A DNA stretch of 64,000 nt, taken from NCBI GenBank assembly GCA_963422365.1, contig OY729426.1, positions 1,504,001 to 1,568,000 on the forward strand, in the 5' to 3' direction. The translations under genes and the position numbers were made by a program. Source of the stretch: Nitrospirales bacterium (GTDB lineage Bacteria; Nitrospirota; Nitrospiria; Nitrospirales; UBA8639). The notes under the pieces were generated by a model, which was given only the letters and a program-made list of their open reading frames with translations, was not told the origin of the DNA and ran no database searches. This document shows, in pieces, positions 9,958 to 19,912 of this stretch (within the stretch, counting starts at the first letter, position 1; each line of letters begins with the position of its first letter).

Positions 9958-10830
9958 ATGAGCATCTTAGTGAATAAGTCGACGCGGGTGGTCGTACAGG
10001 GTATTACGGGAAAAGAAGGGTCATTCCATGCGACCCAGTGTCAAGCGTATGGCACCCACATCGTCGCAGGGGTGACGCCCGGTAAAGCCGGGCAGGAGGT
10101 AGAAGGTATTCCTGTGTTTCACACGGTTCGTGACGCTGTGAAAGAGACAGAAGCCACCACGTCGTTGATCTTTGTGCCTCCTCCCTTTGCCGCGGATGCG
10201 ATCCTTGAGGCGGCCAATTCCAGTCTTTGGTTGGTGGTGTGCATCACTGAAGGCATTCCCGTCAATGAGATGGTCCGGGTGAAACGGGCCTTGGCAAGTA
10301 CCCAAACCAGGCTCATTGGGCCCAATTGTCCCGGGATCATTACGGCGGACGAGTGCAAGATCGGCATCATGCCAGGGTTCATTCATCAAAAAGGAAAGGT
10401 CGGCGTGATTTCCCGCAGTGGTACGCTCACCTATGAAGCCGTCAATCAGCTGACGAATTTAGGGCTTGGTGAGACGACCTGTGTAGGCATTGGAGGCGAT
10501 CCCATCATCGGCACGGGGTATATCGATCTGCTTCAAATGTTTGAGCATGATGATGAAACGAAAGCCGTGGTCATGATCGGGGAGATTGGAGGTGATGCCG
10601 AAGAAAAAGCCGCCGCGTTTATCAAAAAAGAAATGACGAAGCCGGTCATTGGATTTATTGCAGGCATGACGGCGCCTCCGGGCCGACGCATGGGCCATGC
10701 CGGGGCGATTATCACCGGGGGGCAAGGAACGGCGAAAGAAAAAATAGCAGCCCTGGAAGTCGCCGGAGTTCGAGTCGTCCGCAATCCCGCAGAGATCGGA
10801 GAGACGGTCAAGGCCGTGTTGGGTTGTTGA
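9958..10830 (+). CDS. sucD: Succinyl-CoA synthetase alpha subunit
   Basis: [29 protein letters not shown]. Confidence 0.97.
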   Translation: MSILVNKSTRVVVQGITGKEGSFHATQCQAYGTHIVAGVTPGKAGQEVEGIPVFHTVRDAVKETEATTSLIFVPPPFAADAILEAANSSLWLVVCITEGIPVNEMVRVKRALASTQTRLIGPNCPGIITADECKIGIMPGFIHQKGKVGVISRSGTLTYEAVNQLTNLGLGETTCVGIGGDPIIGTGYIDLLQMFEHDDETKAVVMIGEIGGDAEEKAAAFIKKEMTKPVIGFIAGMTAPPGRRMGHAGAIITGGQGTAKEKIAALEVAGVRVVRNPAEIGETVKAVLGC

Positions 10831-10977
10831 GCGTCGCCTGACTCATCACCTCACAAAATCGACAAGTTCTGCCTCGAATCAAATCTCGCTATATCGCTCT
10901 GCCCCTGGAAACGTGACGTGATTCAGCGGGAGATCTTCGAGGTGATTGAAACAGAGATGCTTTAATAATATGAAAGT

Positions 10978-11746
10978 ATGGCGATGCTTTACAGGCAAAT
11001 AGGTTCTCTGTCTCAGTTCATTAATGAACTTGAAAGAGAGGGGATAGGTGACTTCAGAACGATGGATGATATTCGGTCGTTCTATAATAATTGCAAAAAT
11101 TCCCTAAAAAATGAATTGGAGGAATTGAAAGAGGCTCTTGCCAGAAACGAAAGACGGAACATGTTGATGCGGTTTTTTTTCTTTTTTCGGAAAGAGAGAT
11201 GAGCAAGGAAAAAGAAAATTATAGAAAAACAAAACGGAGCCGAAGGGGAGGAAAGGGTGATGCGGGAATTATCAAACCTTCCCGATACGTACATCGTCAT
11301 CAATGATTATAAGTTGGAATTTTCGCGACCTATGTATGACAGAAATAATGACGACAGAATATATTCAATACAGATAGATCACGTTGTCGTCGGACCCACC
11401 GGTCTTTATTTGGTGGAAACGAAGAATTGGAGCAGGGATTCAATGGAAAACCCGGAGTTATTTTCTCCGATTAAGCAATTTAAAAGAAGCAATTTTGCAA
11501 TTTTTGTGTTACTGAATCAGGCCGTTGGGAGAGGGGATATCGATAATTTTTCCAATCACTGGGGAGACAGAAGAATGTCCCCGAAAAACATCCTGCTTAA
11601 TAAATCACGAGCCGAATCAGGAATTTCAATATGTGAGAACGCTGTCCGAGAATAAAATCGACTCTTATATTGAAAATCAAAGGCCGGCGTTTAGTCAAAA
11701 TGAGGTACAATCCCTTGCTGAGAACTTGCTCTCCCGGATTCCATGA
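10978..11746 (+). pseudogene. NERD-domain (nuclease-related) pseudogene
   Basis: GAEGEERV...L...IND...QIDHVVVGPTGLYLVETKNW NERD motif; in-frame TGA at 11200-11202 and a frameshift near 11595; AT-rich relative to flanks. Confidence 0.7.
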
Positions 11747-11812
11747 ACTCGGATCCGCGCTCTTCGCCACCTATTTTCTTTTTCATTTTCACCTGTCCCC
11801 TTGCTGTGTGAG

Positions 11813-11892
11813 TGTCATTCCCGACACTTGGCATCGGCTACATGGACGGGAATGGGCATTTCTCTGGATACCGGGTCAAGCCCGGGATGACA
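11813..11892. repeat. Palindromic intergenic element with TGTCAT...ATGACA ends
   Basis: TGTCATTCCCG ... CCGGGTCAAGCCCGGGATGACA; same termini as the 5972-6057 element. Confidence 0.6.
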
Positions 11893-12078
11893 ACGTGCCG
11901 TCATTCAGGAGAACTTTCTTGTGAAGAAGTATTTTTGTCCTGCCCAGCCGATAAGTTGTCATCAGTCGTCGAGTTGACTGTCATTATCAAGAGTGAATGC
12001 TGTTGGCTGCAATCCCATCCGCAATCGCACGATCGCCTCATGATTGATGAGGCATTGCCGAGCAAGAGAGCGAATGTC

Positions 12079-13881
12079 ATGACGTCAATTGCACGTGAAG
12101 ACCGAGTCCGTGAACTGCGCGTGCAGTTGGCTCGACAAGGATTATCCGGATTCGTCGTCCCTCATGCCGATGAATACCAAAATGAGTACTTGCCGGCTTG
12201 TGCCGAGCGGTTGGCCTGGTTGACGGGGTTTACGGGTTCGGCAGGCACGGCGGTTGTGCTCTCCGAGCAAGCCGCAATATTTGTGGATGGGCGCTATACT
12301 CTGCAAGTCCGCACTCAAGTCGACCTGCAGGTGTTTGACCCACGGCATCTCCTGGAGGAACCGGTGCATGCGTGGTTGTCCACCGTACTCCAGTCCGGCG
12401 ACAAACTGGGGTATGATTCGTGGTTGCATACACCGCAAGAAGTCAAACAATTGAAAGAGGCGTGTACCAAAGCCGACGCTGAGTTGATTCCCTGTGGCTC
12501 GAATCCCATTGATGCGTTATGGGATGATCGTCCTGCTGCTCCTACGGCCAAGGTGATTCCCCATGATCTCGCCTATACGGGAAAGCCCTCGGAAGACAAG
12601 CGACAAGAGCTTTCCATGAAATTGCAACATGCTGGTCTCGGAGTTGCCGTCTTGACCGCTCCCGATTCTATCGCTTGGCTCTTTAATATTCGTGGCGGTG
12701 ATGTCGAGCATACGCCGTTACCCCTGAGTATCGCCCTGCTTTATCGTGACGGTACGGCGTCGCTCTTTCTCGATACGTACAAAGTGTCCGATGCCTTGGC
12801 GTCGCATGTGGGACCAGCCGTGCAGATTCGTTCCGTCTCCGACTTTCATGAAACCTTGGAGCAATTGGGAAAGGCGGGTGAGCGGGTGGTATGCGATCCG
12901 AAGCGCACGGCGAGCTGGATTCCTGAACGCTTGACGCAAGCCGGGGCCCGAGTGATCGAAGGGGAAGACCCGTGTCTCTTGCCCAAGGCCTGCAAAAATG
13001 CGGTGGAGATCAATGGGGCGCGAGAAGCGCACAAGAGAGATGGAGCCGCGGTGTGTGAATTTCTGGCTTGGCTGGATCAAGAAGCGCAGAAGGGACAACT
13101 CTCCGAACGCGATGCCCAATCGTATCTTGAGGTCTGTCGGCGACGGCAACCGCTCTGGCAAGATATGAGTTTTCCGACCATTTCGGCGGCCGGCCCCAAT
13201 GGGGCAATTGTGCATTACAAAGCAGCCGATCAGCAGCCCCGAATGCTTGCGCCCGGCATGTTATATCTGGTGGATTCAGGGGGGCAGTACTTGGATGGCA
13301 CGACTGATATCACCAGAACGATTGCCATTGGGTCCTCTATGCCGGAGCACCGGGATCGGTATACCCGAGTCCTCAAAGGACAGATGGCCCTCGCCATGGC
13401 CACCTTTCCCAAGGGAACAACCGGCACACAACTCGATACGCTGGCTAGACGGCCTCTTTGGGAAGTGGGGTTGGATTATGATCATGGGACCGGGCATGGG
13501 GTTGGGAGTTATTTAGGCGTCCACGAAGGACCTCAGCGCATCTCGAAAGCGGTCGATACGGTCGCGTTGAAACCCGGAATGATCCTTTCAAACGAACCCG
13601 GGTATTACAAAAGCGGAGAGTATGGGATTCGGTTGGAAAACCTTGTTGTGGTGATCCCTGTTACGGTAAATGGCGAAGGGAATCGGGAATGGTTCGCGTT
13701 CGAGACGATCACGCTCGTGCCGTTTGATGCGTCGCTTATTGACAGGACCTTATTGAATACGATGGACATAGATTGGCTCAATGCGTACCATGCTCGCGTG
13801 CGGGAGGTCATCGGGCCGCTGGTTGATTCGTCTACAGCCGCGTGGTTAGACCAAGCGACTGAACCACTTTCCGAAGCCTAA
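12079..13881 (+). CDS. Xaa-Pro aminopeptidase (aminopeptidase P, M24B)
   Basis: GFTGSAG, DGRY, DSGGQYLDGTTDITRT, HGTGHGVGSYLGVHEGP, SNEPGYY, GIRLEN; start set to ATG 12079. Confidence 0.92.
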   Translation: MTSIAREDRVRELRVQLARQGLSGFVVPHADEYQNEYLPACAERLAWLTGFTGSAGTAVVLSEQAAIFVDGRYTLQVRTQVDLQVFDPRHLLEEPVHAWLSTVLQSGDKLGYDSWLHTPQEVKQLKEACTKADAELIPCGSNPIDALWDDRPAAPTAKVIPHDLAYTGKPSEDKRQELSMKLQHAGLGVAVLTAPDSIAWLFNIRGGDVEHTPLPLSIALLYRDGTASLFLDTYKVSDALASHVGPAVQIRSVSDFHETLEQLGKAGERVVCDPKRTASWIPERLTQAGARVIEGEDPCLLPKACKNAVEINGAREAHKRDGAAVCEFLAWLDQEAQKGQLSERDAQSYLEVCRRRQPLWQDMSFPTISAAGPNGAIVHYKAADQQPRMLAPGMLYLVDSGGQYLDGTTDITRTIAIGSSMPEHRDRYTRVLKGQMALAMATFPKGTTGTQLDTLARRPLWEVGLDYDHGTGHGVGSYLGVHEGPQRISKAVDTVALKPGMILSNEPGYYKSGEYGIRLENLVVVIPVTVNGEGNREWFAFETITLVPFDASLIDRTLLNTMDIDWLNAYHARVREVIGPLVDSSTAAWLDQATEPLSEA

Positions 13882-13908
13882 CCCGTCACGGGAAGGACTC
13901 CTGGCAAA

Positions 13909-14220
13909 ATGAGTCAAGCCCAAACAGATGAACAGATTGCCGAGCGCATACGCACGCAATTAAGTCAGGCTGCGGCTGTGGACGAGCTTTTGGTCAAGGG
14001 AGACCTCTTGCAACTTCACGTCACCGAAGATTTTTATCGACGGTTGGCGGTTGATCGGGCTCGTAGCAGAAAGATCGTGCTGATGCTGATGCAGCAGATG
14101 AAGTCGTTAACGGGTCGTCAGGATGTCACGGTGCGGGTGTACAGTCAAAAAGAAAAAATGATTGAAGGGAAAGTCAAGGCCTTTGGGGGAGATAACGTCA
14201 CGTACATGCTGGATTTGTAA
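13909..14220 (+). CDS. Hypothetical protein (103 aa)
   Basis: GGAAGGA upstream, protein-like composition, co-oriented with the aminopeptidase gene. Confidence 0.7.
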   Translation: MSQAQTDEQIAERIRTQLSQAAAVDELLVKGDLLQLHVTEDFYRRLAVDRARSRKIVLMLMQQMKSLTGRQDVTVRVYSQKEKMIEGKVKAFGGDNVTYMLDL

Positions 14221-14233
14221 GGTTCAAACCCGT

Positions 14234-14554
14234 TTATGGGGTCAACCGTTGCGTGCCGCCGATATAGTCAAACAGTGCCTGTTTCGTGGCGAGGGAATCG
14301 TGGGGAGTCTGAAGTTCGATGCTTGGGAGTTCGACAATAAACGAGCGATCATCGCATTCGACGATCGGAAAGCCTTTTCCCTTCAGGTGGGCCACCACGT
14401 CTTTCATGAACGCGACCCCTTCAGCATATTGACAAAAGACACAGTTGAGAACGTCTTCCGGTTCATGACGGGCTCGTTGTGGCGCATGCCAATAGGATAA
14501 TCGGTAACTGGAAATATAAAGTCTTTGCATCCCGTGCGCAAAGGCATTCGACAT
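14234..14554 (-). CDS. Hypothetical protein with a CxxC motif
   Basis: Fills the intergenic gap; C-terminal part looks protein-like; start uncertain. Confidence 0.4.
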   Translation of the reverse strand: MSNAFAHGMQRLYISSYRLSYWHAPQRARHEPEDVLNCVFCQYAEGVAFMKDVVAHLKGKGFPIVECDDRSFIVELPSIELQTPHDSLATKQALFDYIGGTQRLTP

Positions 14555-14646
14555 GAGGGGAAATTATAGCATGAAACAGTGGGAGCATGGGTGACCTTTT
14601 CTTGACAAGAAACATTTTTCCGACAGGGAGATGAGCAGTCTTGTAT

Positions 14647-17412
14647 ATGGGACGACAACGTTCATTTACGTACCAACCAGGATTTCTCGCGCGCCTGATT
14701 ATAACCAGATCACGCTGGCGGTTGTCGTTGAAAGATGCCTTTATCTTGAAACGCGACGGGAGACAATGGAAAATTCCCCTTACCTCAGTCAAAGACGCTA
14801 GTATCAGTCACCACCTGCTATGGTGGAAGAAACTTATTGTCTGCACCAATAGTGATAAGGCAGTTTTTCTACCTGGCTTATCAAGTTTCGCTGCCTTGAA
14901 GTTGCGTAACGCGATTGCGAAGCGGGTCAGTCAATGTCTGCTCATTGACATAGACAAGGAAGAAATAACAGGAAGTTTGGATGAGTTTTATAAACAGAAA
15001 CAATATTTAGCCAACCGCGACGTGGATCGATGGCGCAAAGCGTGTCCTGTTACCCAACAATTGGACCATGCCTTGCGACATCCTCTGTTTGATCAAAACG
15101 GTATGACTTCTGATGTATCGCACTTGTATGTTCGAATCGAAGATTTACTCGGTAAGCGTACCAGACTGCACGAACATAATGAAGAATTTATAAAACAGGA
15201 ACTGATACAGCAGGCAGACTTCTTTGACCGTGTGGAGAAAAACCCTCTCACAAAAGAACAGCGACGAGCGGCAATTGTCATGGAAGATCATCATTTGCTG
15301 ATTGCCTCAGCAGGCTCTGGTAAGACCTCTGCCATTGTTGGAAAAATCGGCTATGCTCTGAAGAAAAATCTCTGTGACTCATCACAAATCGTTGCACTCG
15401 CTTTCAACAGAAACGCCGCGAATGAGTTGAGACAAAGAATTAACGAGCGGCTTGGTGATTTGAACGGCAATGAGGTGAGGGTGGAAACTTTCCACGCTCT
15501 CGGTCTGAAATTTATCAGCCAGGCCAAGGGCGTAAAGCCGAACGTTGCAGATTGGGCGGTTCATCTTGGTGAAAATCTCGGACAGAGAGTGGAAAGACTT
15601 GTCAGCGAACTTTGCAAAACCAGCCCAAGTTTTGTTGCTCATCTGGTAAATCTGTTTTCGTATTTTCGTTGGGCGATGAAACCCTTGCATTTCTTTCACA
15701 GTTGGAAAGAATATAAACTATATCTGCTTGCGATTCGTGCTGAACTGTTGGCAGGAAACGAAGTAAAAGTTCGCACCATCAAAGGCGATAGTGTACGCTC
15801 CCTGGAAGAATGTGCCATAGCTAACTGGCTGTACGTAAACGGTATCCAATACGAATATGAAAGAGACTATAAGCACAACTTAGCAACCCAGGCCCACAGT
15901 CAATATAGACCTGATTTTTACTATCCCCAATTAGACGTTTATCATGAGCATTTAGCCCTGGATGAAAATGGAAAACCGCCGGAATTTTTCCAATCAGATT
16001 ATGTTGATGGCGTTGAGTGGAAACGTCAAATGCATCAGCAGCATGGTACTCAATTGCTTGAGACCACTTCGGCAATGTTCCGCAATGGCACCATCTTCGA
16101 TCATCTAGGGGCAGAGCTAAAAAGATACGGAGCGTTTGATGACGCGATACCACCTTCCCCCAAAGAAATCATTGAACGGGTATTAGAAGATTACACGAGA
16201 CCCCTATATTCTTTGATGCAAACTTTTCTTTCACACTGGAAATCCACAGGAGCAACAAAAGAAGTTCTGCGTTCCCGTCTTGGCGGCTTCAGGGGGTTTG
16301 AACGACTTCGGACAGAAGCGTTCCTTAATGTAATTATTCCATTGCGAGAAATCTACGATAGAAAATTATACGACAGCAATGCACTGGACTTTGATGACAT
16401 GCTGGCCAAGGCCTCTGACACATTGCGAGACGGGAGTATAAGGCATCCTTATAAAGTAATTTTAGTTGATGAATTTCAGGATATTTCGTGGTCCCGCGCG
16501 GAGATGTTACATGCCATGCTAGATCAAAACCAGGATTGTAAGTTGTTTGCGGTAGGAGACGACTGGCAGGCGATTTATCGCTTTGCAGGCGCAGACATTT
16601 CAATCATGACAAATTTCCTCGACGAGTTCAGTGTTGCCGAAGAAGACCAACTTACCCAAAATTTCCGATCCAACCAAGGCATTATCAACGTTGCTTCGCA
16701 GTTTGTTCAGAAAAATCCAAGCCAGATCCAGAAAGAGATCCATGGAGGTGATCCCCTGTATGAAGGTGTCGTGCATGTCGTCTACTATCACCTTGACGAG
16801 TATGTTGCGCCGCTTATAGAGGCAAAGTTAAGCGAGATTGTGATGAACGATGGCTCTGGGGAAAAATCTGTTTATATTCTGGCACGCTATAACCATTTAT
16901 TAGACCCAATACAATCACAACGATCCAAGTGGCAAAGAAACTATAGCGAACTGGCTATTCAATGCATGACCATTCACAAATCCAAAGGGCTGGAGGCAGA
17001 TTGTGTAATTGTGCTGGGAATGAACTCGGGATGGCAGAGCTTTCCCTGTGAAATTGAGGATGATCTGATATTGAAATTGGTCATGCCAAAAGCGGATCCG
17101 TTTGAGTTCGCCGAAGAGCGGCGGCTCTTTTACGTCGCGTTGACGCGTGCTAAACGGAAAGTCTTTCTGCTTGCGCAACAAGATCGCCCTTCTCGCTTCA
17201 TCCAGGAAATTATTAACGGCGGAAATAGCTCGGTCATGCTTGAGCGAACCCAAGCAAAAGGAAAAACATGTCCATGTGATATATGCCCAAAGTGTAAAAC
17301 AGGATTTCTAATTGAAAGGAATGGAGGTTTTGGCTTGTTTATGGGTTGTTCAACGTATCCACGTTGCTCGCACACGCAGCAGACCTCAACGCAAAAGAGA
17401 CCGATCCCGTGA
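14647..17412 (+). CDS. UvrD-family SF1 helicase (helicase IV-like) with an inserted nuclease-like domain and a C-terminal topoisomerase-type Zn finger
   Basis: ASAGSGKT, LAFN, ILVDEFQD, VGDDWQAIYRF, NFRS, TIHKSKGLE, EERRLFYVALTRA; YRPDFY..YHEH insert; CPKC...GCSTYPRC. Confidence 0.9.
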   Translation: MGRQRSFTYQPGFLARLIITRSRWRLSLKDAFILKRDGRQWKIPLTSVKDASISHHLLWWKKLIVCTNSDKAVFLPGLSSFAALKLRNAIAKRVSQCLLIDIDKEEITGSLDEFYKQKQYLANRDVDRWRKACPVTQQLDHALRHPLFDQNGMTSDVSHLYVRIEDLLGKRTRLHEHNEEFIKQELIQQADFFDRVEKNPLTKEQRRAAIVMEDHHLLIASAGSGKTSAIVGKIGYALKKNLCDSSQIVALAFNRNAANELRQRINERLGDLNGNEVRVETFHALGLKFISQAKGVKPNVADWAVHLGENLGQRVERLVSELCKTSPSFVAHLVNLFSYFRWAMKPLHFFHSWKEYKLYLLAIRAELLAGNEVKVRTIKGDSVRSLEECAIANWLYVNGIQYEYERDYKHNLATQAHSQYRPDFYYPQLDVYHEHLALDENGKPPEFFQSDYVDGVEWKRQMHQQHGTQLLETTSAMFRNGTIFDHLGAELKRYGAFDDAIPPSPKEIIERVLEDYTRPLYSLMQTFLSHWKSTGATKEVLRSRLGGFRGFERLRTEAFLNVIIPLREIYDRKLYDSNALDFDDMLAKASDTLRDGSIRHPYKVILVDEFQDISWSRAEMLHAMLDQNQDCKLFAVGDDWQAIYRFAGADISIMTNFLDEFSVAEEDQLTQNFRSNQGIINVASQFVQKNPSQIQKEIHGGDPLYEGVVHVVYYHLDEYVAPLIEAKLSEIVMNDGSGEKSVYILARYNHLLDPIQSQRSKWQRNYSELAIQCMTIHKSKGLEADCVIVLGMNSGWQSFPCEIEDDLILKLVMPKADPFEFAEERRLFYVALTRAKRKVFLLAQQDRPSRFIQEIINGGNSSVMLERTQAKGKTCPCDICPKCKTGFLIERNGGFGLFMGCSTYPRCSHTQQTSTQKRPIP

Positions 17413-18584
17413 ATGTTAGAGCGTCTTCGGATGTGCATGTGCTTACCGTTGCGCACCAAACCATTATTTTGGTCGGGACGGTTCACGTGTCACAAGAGTC
17501 TGCGGATTTGGTTCGTGCCGTCATCGAAGAGGAATGTCCGGATGCGGTCTGTGTGGAATTGGATGCCAGCCGATACGAAGCCTTGTCTCAGCAGCAGAAA
17601 TGGGAGTCGTTCGACCTCAAAGAGGTTATCCGAAAAAAACAGCTGAGTACCATGTTGGCCAATGTCCTGTTGGCCTCCTATCAAAAGCGGCTAGGGGATC
17701 AGCTCGGTGTTTTGCCAGGCACCGAGATGCTGGAAGCTGTCAACGTTGCCCAAAAGCTCGACATCCCGATTGTTCTCTGCGACCGCGACGTCCGCGTCAC
17801 CATGCGACGGGCGTGGCGATCCACCCCGTTCTTGAAGAAAAGCCTGTTGGTCTCGTCGCTCATTTTGAGCGTGTTTGACACCACGCCCGTGACAGAGGAG
17901 TCTATACAGGATTTAAAAAAACAGGATGTGTTGTCGGATATGATGCAAGAATTAGGCAAGGAAATTCCGACGTTGAAAACCGTGCTGCTCGATGAGCGAG
18001 ACCACTATTTGGCAGAAAAGACCTTGCAAGCCGAAGGAAAGACCATTGTCTCGGTGGTGGGAGCCGGACACGTGGAAGGGATTAAAGGCATTCTCCAAAA
18101 CACGCGGCGAGACAACCTGGATGTCTTAGATGTTATTCCCCCTGTGTCTTTGATGTGGAAATGGATAGGATGGTCTATCCCTGCAATTATTGTTGGTTCA
18201 ATTGCCTTGATTGGCTATCAAAAAGGGGCTGCAGCAGCCGGAGCCCATGCTGTCTTTTGGATTGTGGCCAATGGCGTGCCTAGTGGCTTGGGAGCCTTAC
18301 TGGCTTGGGCTCATCCGTTCACGATTGTTGTGGCAGTGGCTGGGGCTCCGTTTACAAGCCTGACTCCGGTGATCGGTGTCGGGTATGTAACCGCATTTGT
18401 CCAAGCCTATATGCAACCACCGATCGTTCGAGAATTTCAAACCGTGGCCGAGGATGTGGCCATTCTTCGGCGCTGGTGGCAAAGCCGATTGTTACGGGTG
18501 TTTTTAGCCTTTTTGTTTCCCACCATCGGTAGCGTGATAGGGACGTGGGTGGGCGGCACGCGCATCGTGTCGCATCTGTTTTAA
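17409..18584 (+). CDS. TraB/PrgY (pheromone shutdown) family protein
   Basis: LVGTVHVS, VCVELD, PGTEM, DRD, DERD, VVGAGH plus C-terminal TM helices; GTG start overlaps the helicase stop (GTGA). Confidence 0.88.
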   Translation: MNVRASSDVHVLTVAHQTIILVGTVHVSQESADLVRAVIEEECPDAVCVELDASRYEALSQQQKWESFDLKEVIRKKQLSTMLANVLLASYQKRLGDQLGVLPGTEMLEAVNVAQKLDIPIVLCDRDVRVTMRRAWRSTPFLKKSLLVSSLILSVFDTTPVTEESIQDLKKQDVLSDMMQELGKEIPTLKTVLLDERDHYLAEKTLQAEGKTIVSVVGAGHVEGIKGILQNTRRDNLDVLDVIPPVSLMWKWIGWSIPAIIVGSIALIGYQKGAAAAGAHAVFWIVANGVPSGLGALLAWAHPFTIVVAVAGAPFTSLTPVIGVGYVTAFVQAYMQPPIVREFQTVAEDVAILRRWWQSRLLRVFLAFLFPTIGSVIGTWVGGTRIVSHLF

Positions 18585-18604
18585 GAAAAGGATTTCAGTA
18601 CACA

Positions 18605-18796
18605 TCAAGAGGAGAGCCCGTGCACGGCTTCTCGTTTGCGGCTAAGTTGAAAAACACATTGCGGGCAGGTGTAATGAATAAAGCGACCGTCGGCCACGAG
18701 TCGTTTGTGCATAGTGATATGGCACCACGTGCATTGTCGATCAGGGCGTTCGGCCTCTGACGGGAGGGTAGGGGATTCTGGAGAAGGCGGATTCAT
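18605..18796 (-). CDS. Small Zn-ribbon protein (63 aa)
   Basis: CTWC-x17-CPQC in a short ORF divergent from the COG0523 gene. Confidence 0.55.
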   Translation of the reverse strand: MNPPSPESPTLPSEAERPDRQCTWCHITMHKRLVADGRFIHYTCPQCVFQLSRKREAVHGLSS

Positions 18797-18884
18797 TGTA
18801 ATAGTCTTGGCAATATTCTGGTAAAGCCTGACCATGGTTGTCAATGGGAAAAGAGGAGCCTGCAAGAACCAGCAGCATGTTTGA

Positions 18885-19865
18885 ATGCCTATGGTGCCAC
18901 AAGATAATCCCTCTTCATCGCTTGAGCGGAAGAACATAGCGGGCGACTTGCCGACCTCTGGAGGCAGCGTTCCGGCAGTGGTTGTGTCAGGATTCTTAGG
19001 TGCCGGTAAAACCACGCTCGTTCGGCACTTGCTTGAAGAGGCACAAGCGCAAGGGGTACGGATAGCGGTCGTGTCGAATGAATTCGGAGACTTGGGAATC
19101 GATCAAGCCTTGTTGGGAAGCCAAGTCGGCGGCAACTATGTTGAATTAGAAGGTGGGTGTGTCTGTTGCAAACTTTCCGATGAATTTGTGGCAACGCTGC
19201 AGCAGATTTGGGAAGAGGTTCACCCGGATCAAGTCATCGTCGAAACGTCCGGTGTGGCCTTGCCCTTTGATACGCTGCTGAATTTTTGGCGAGAACCGGT
19301 GTCAGAGTGGATCGGTGATGGTCTCTCGGCTGTTGTGGTGAATGCCGAACAGGTGGCTGAAGGGCGTGATCTGGAAGGAACCTTTGAGCAGCAAGTGTCG
19401 TCTGCAGACGTGTTAATCCTCAACAAAATTGATCGCCTTGATGTAGATCAACTGGATTTGGTGCAAGGGCAGGTGCAGAACTTGGCGCCCGAGACTCCCG
19501 TTGTGCAGGCCATGAACGCCAATGTCAGTCCGCTGGTGCTGTTTCCCCCTGATCCCGGGAAGCTTGCCCAGCGAGTCAGCAAGCAAGCGACACGTGAGCC
19601 ACATACCCATGAGGCGTTTGAGACGGAAGAATTCATCGTTGAGCAGGGCATCGACCCCGAGACGCTGATCCACCAGATTCGATGGTCCCACGCGCTGCGA
19701 GCCAAAGGTTTTGTGCAGACCTCCGATGGCCTTCGCCTTGTGCAAGGTGTTGGTCCGCGAGTCGATTTGATCGAGCCCACCATGACCCCGCCAGATCATC
19801 TCCTGGGGCGTCTTGTTCTCATCCGACGAAGCCGTGAGAGCGGCGCATGCAGTAAAGGAATTTGA
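18885..19865 (+). CDS. COG0523/CobW-family metallochaperone GTPase
   Basis: GFLGAGKTT, NEFG, GCVCC, ETSG, NKID, HTH, RAKG. Confidence 0.92.
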   Translation: MPMVPQDNPSSSLERKNIAGDLPTSGGSVPAVVVSGFLGAGKTTLVRHLLEEAQAQGVRIAVVSNEFGDLGIDQALLGSQVGGNYVELEGGCVCCKLSDEFVATLQQIWEEVHPDQVIVETSGVALPFDTLLNFWREPVSEWIGDGLSAVVVNAEQVAEGRDLEGTFEQQVSSADVLILNKIDRLDVDQLDLVQGQVQNLAPETPVVQAMNANVSPLVLFPPDPGKLAQRVSKQATREPHTHEAFETEEFIVEQGIDPETLIHQIRWSHALRAKGFVQTSDGLRLVQGVGPRVDLIEPTMTPPDHLLGRLVLIRRSRESGACSKGI

Positions 19866-19912
19866 TTTTCCTGCCTTGGGCGTGCCAGAGCAGCGAAGCT
19901 GATCGCACAGGG

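Noticed and set aside
11200..11202. In-frame TGA as selenocysteine or recoding
   Set aside because: Not at a Cys/redox motif, no evident SECIS hairpin, the gene has a second lesion, and TGA is used as a normal stop throughout the window
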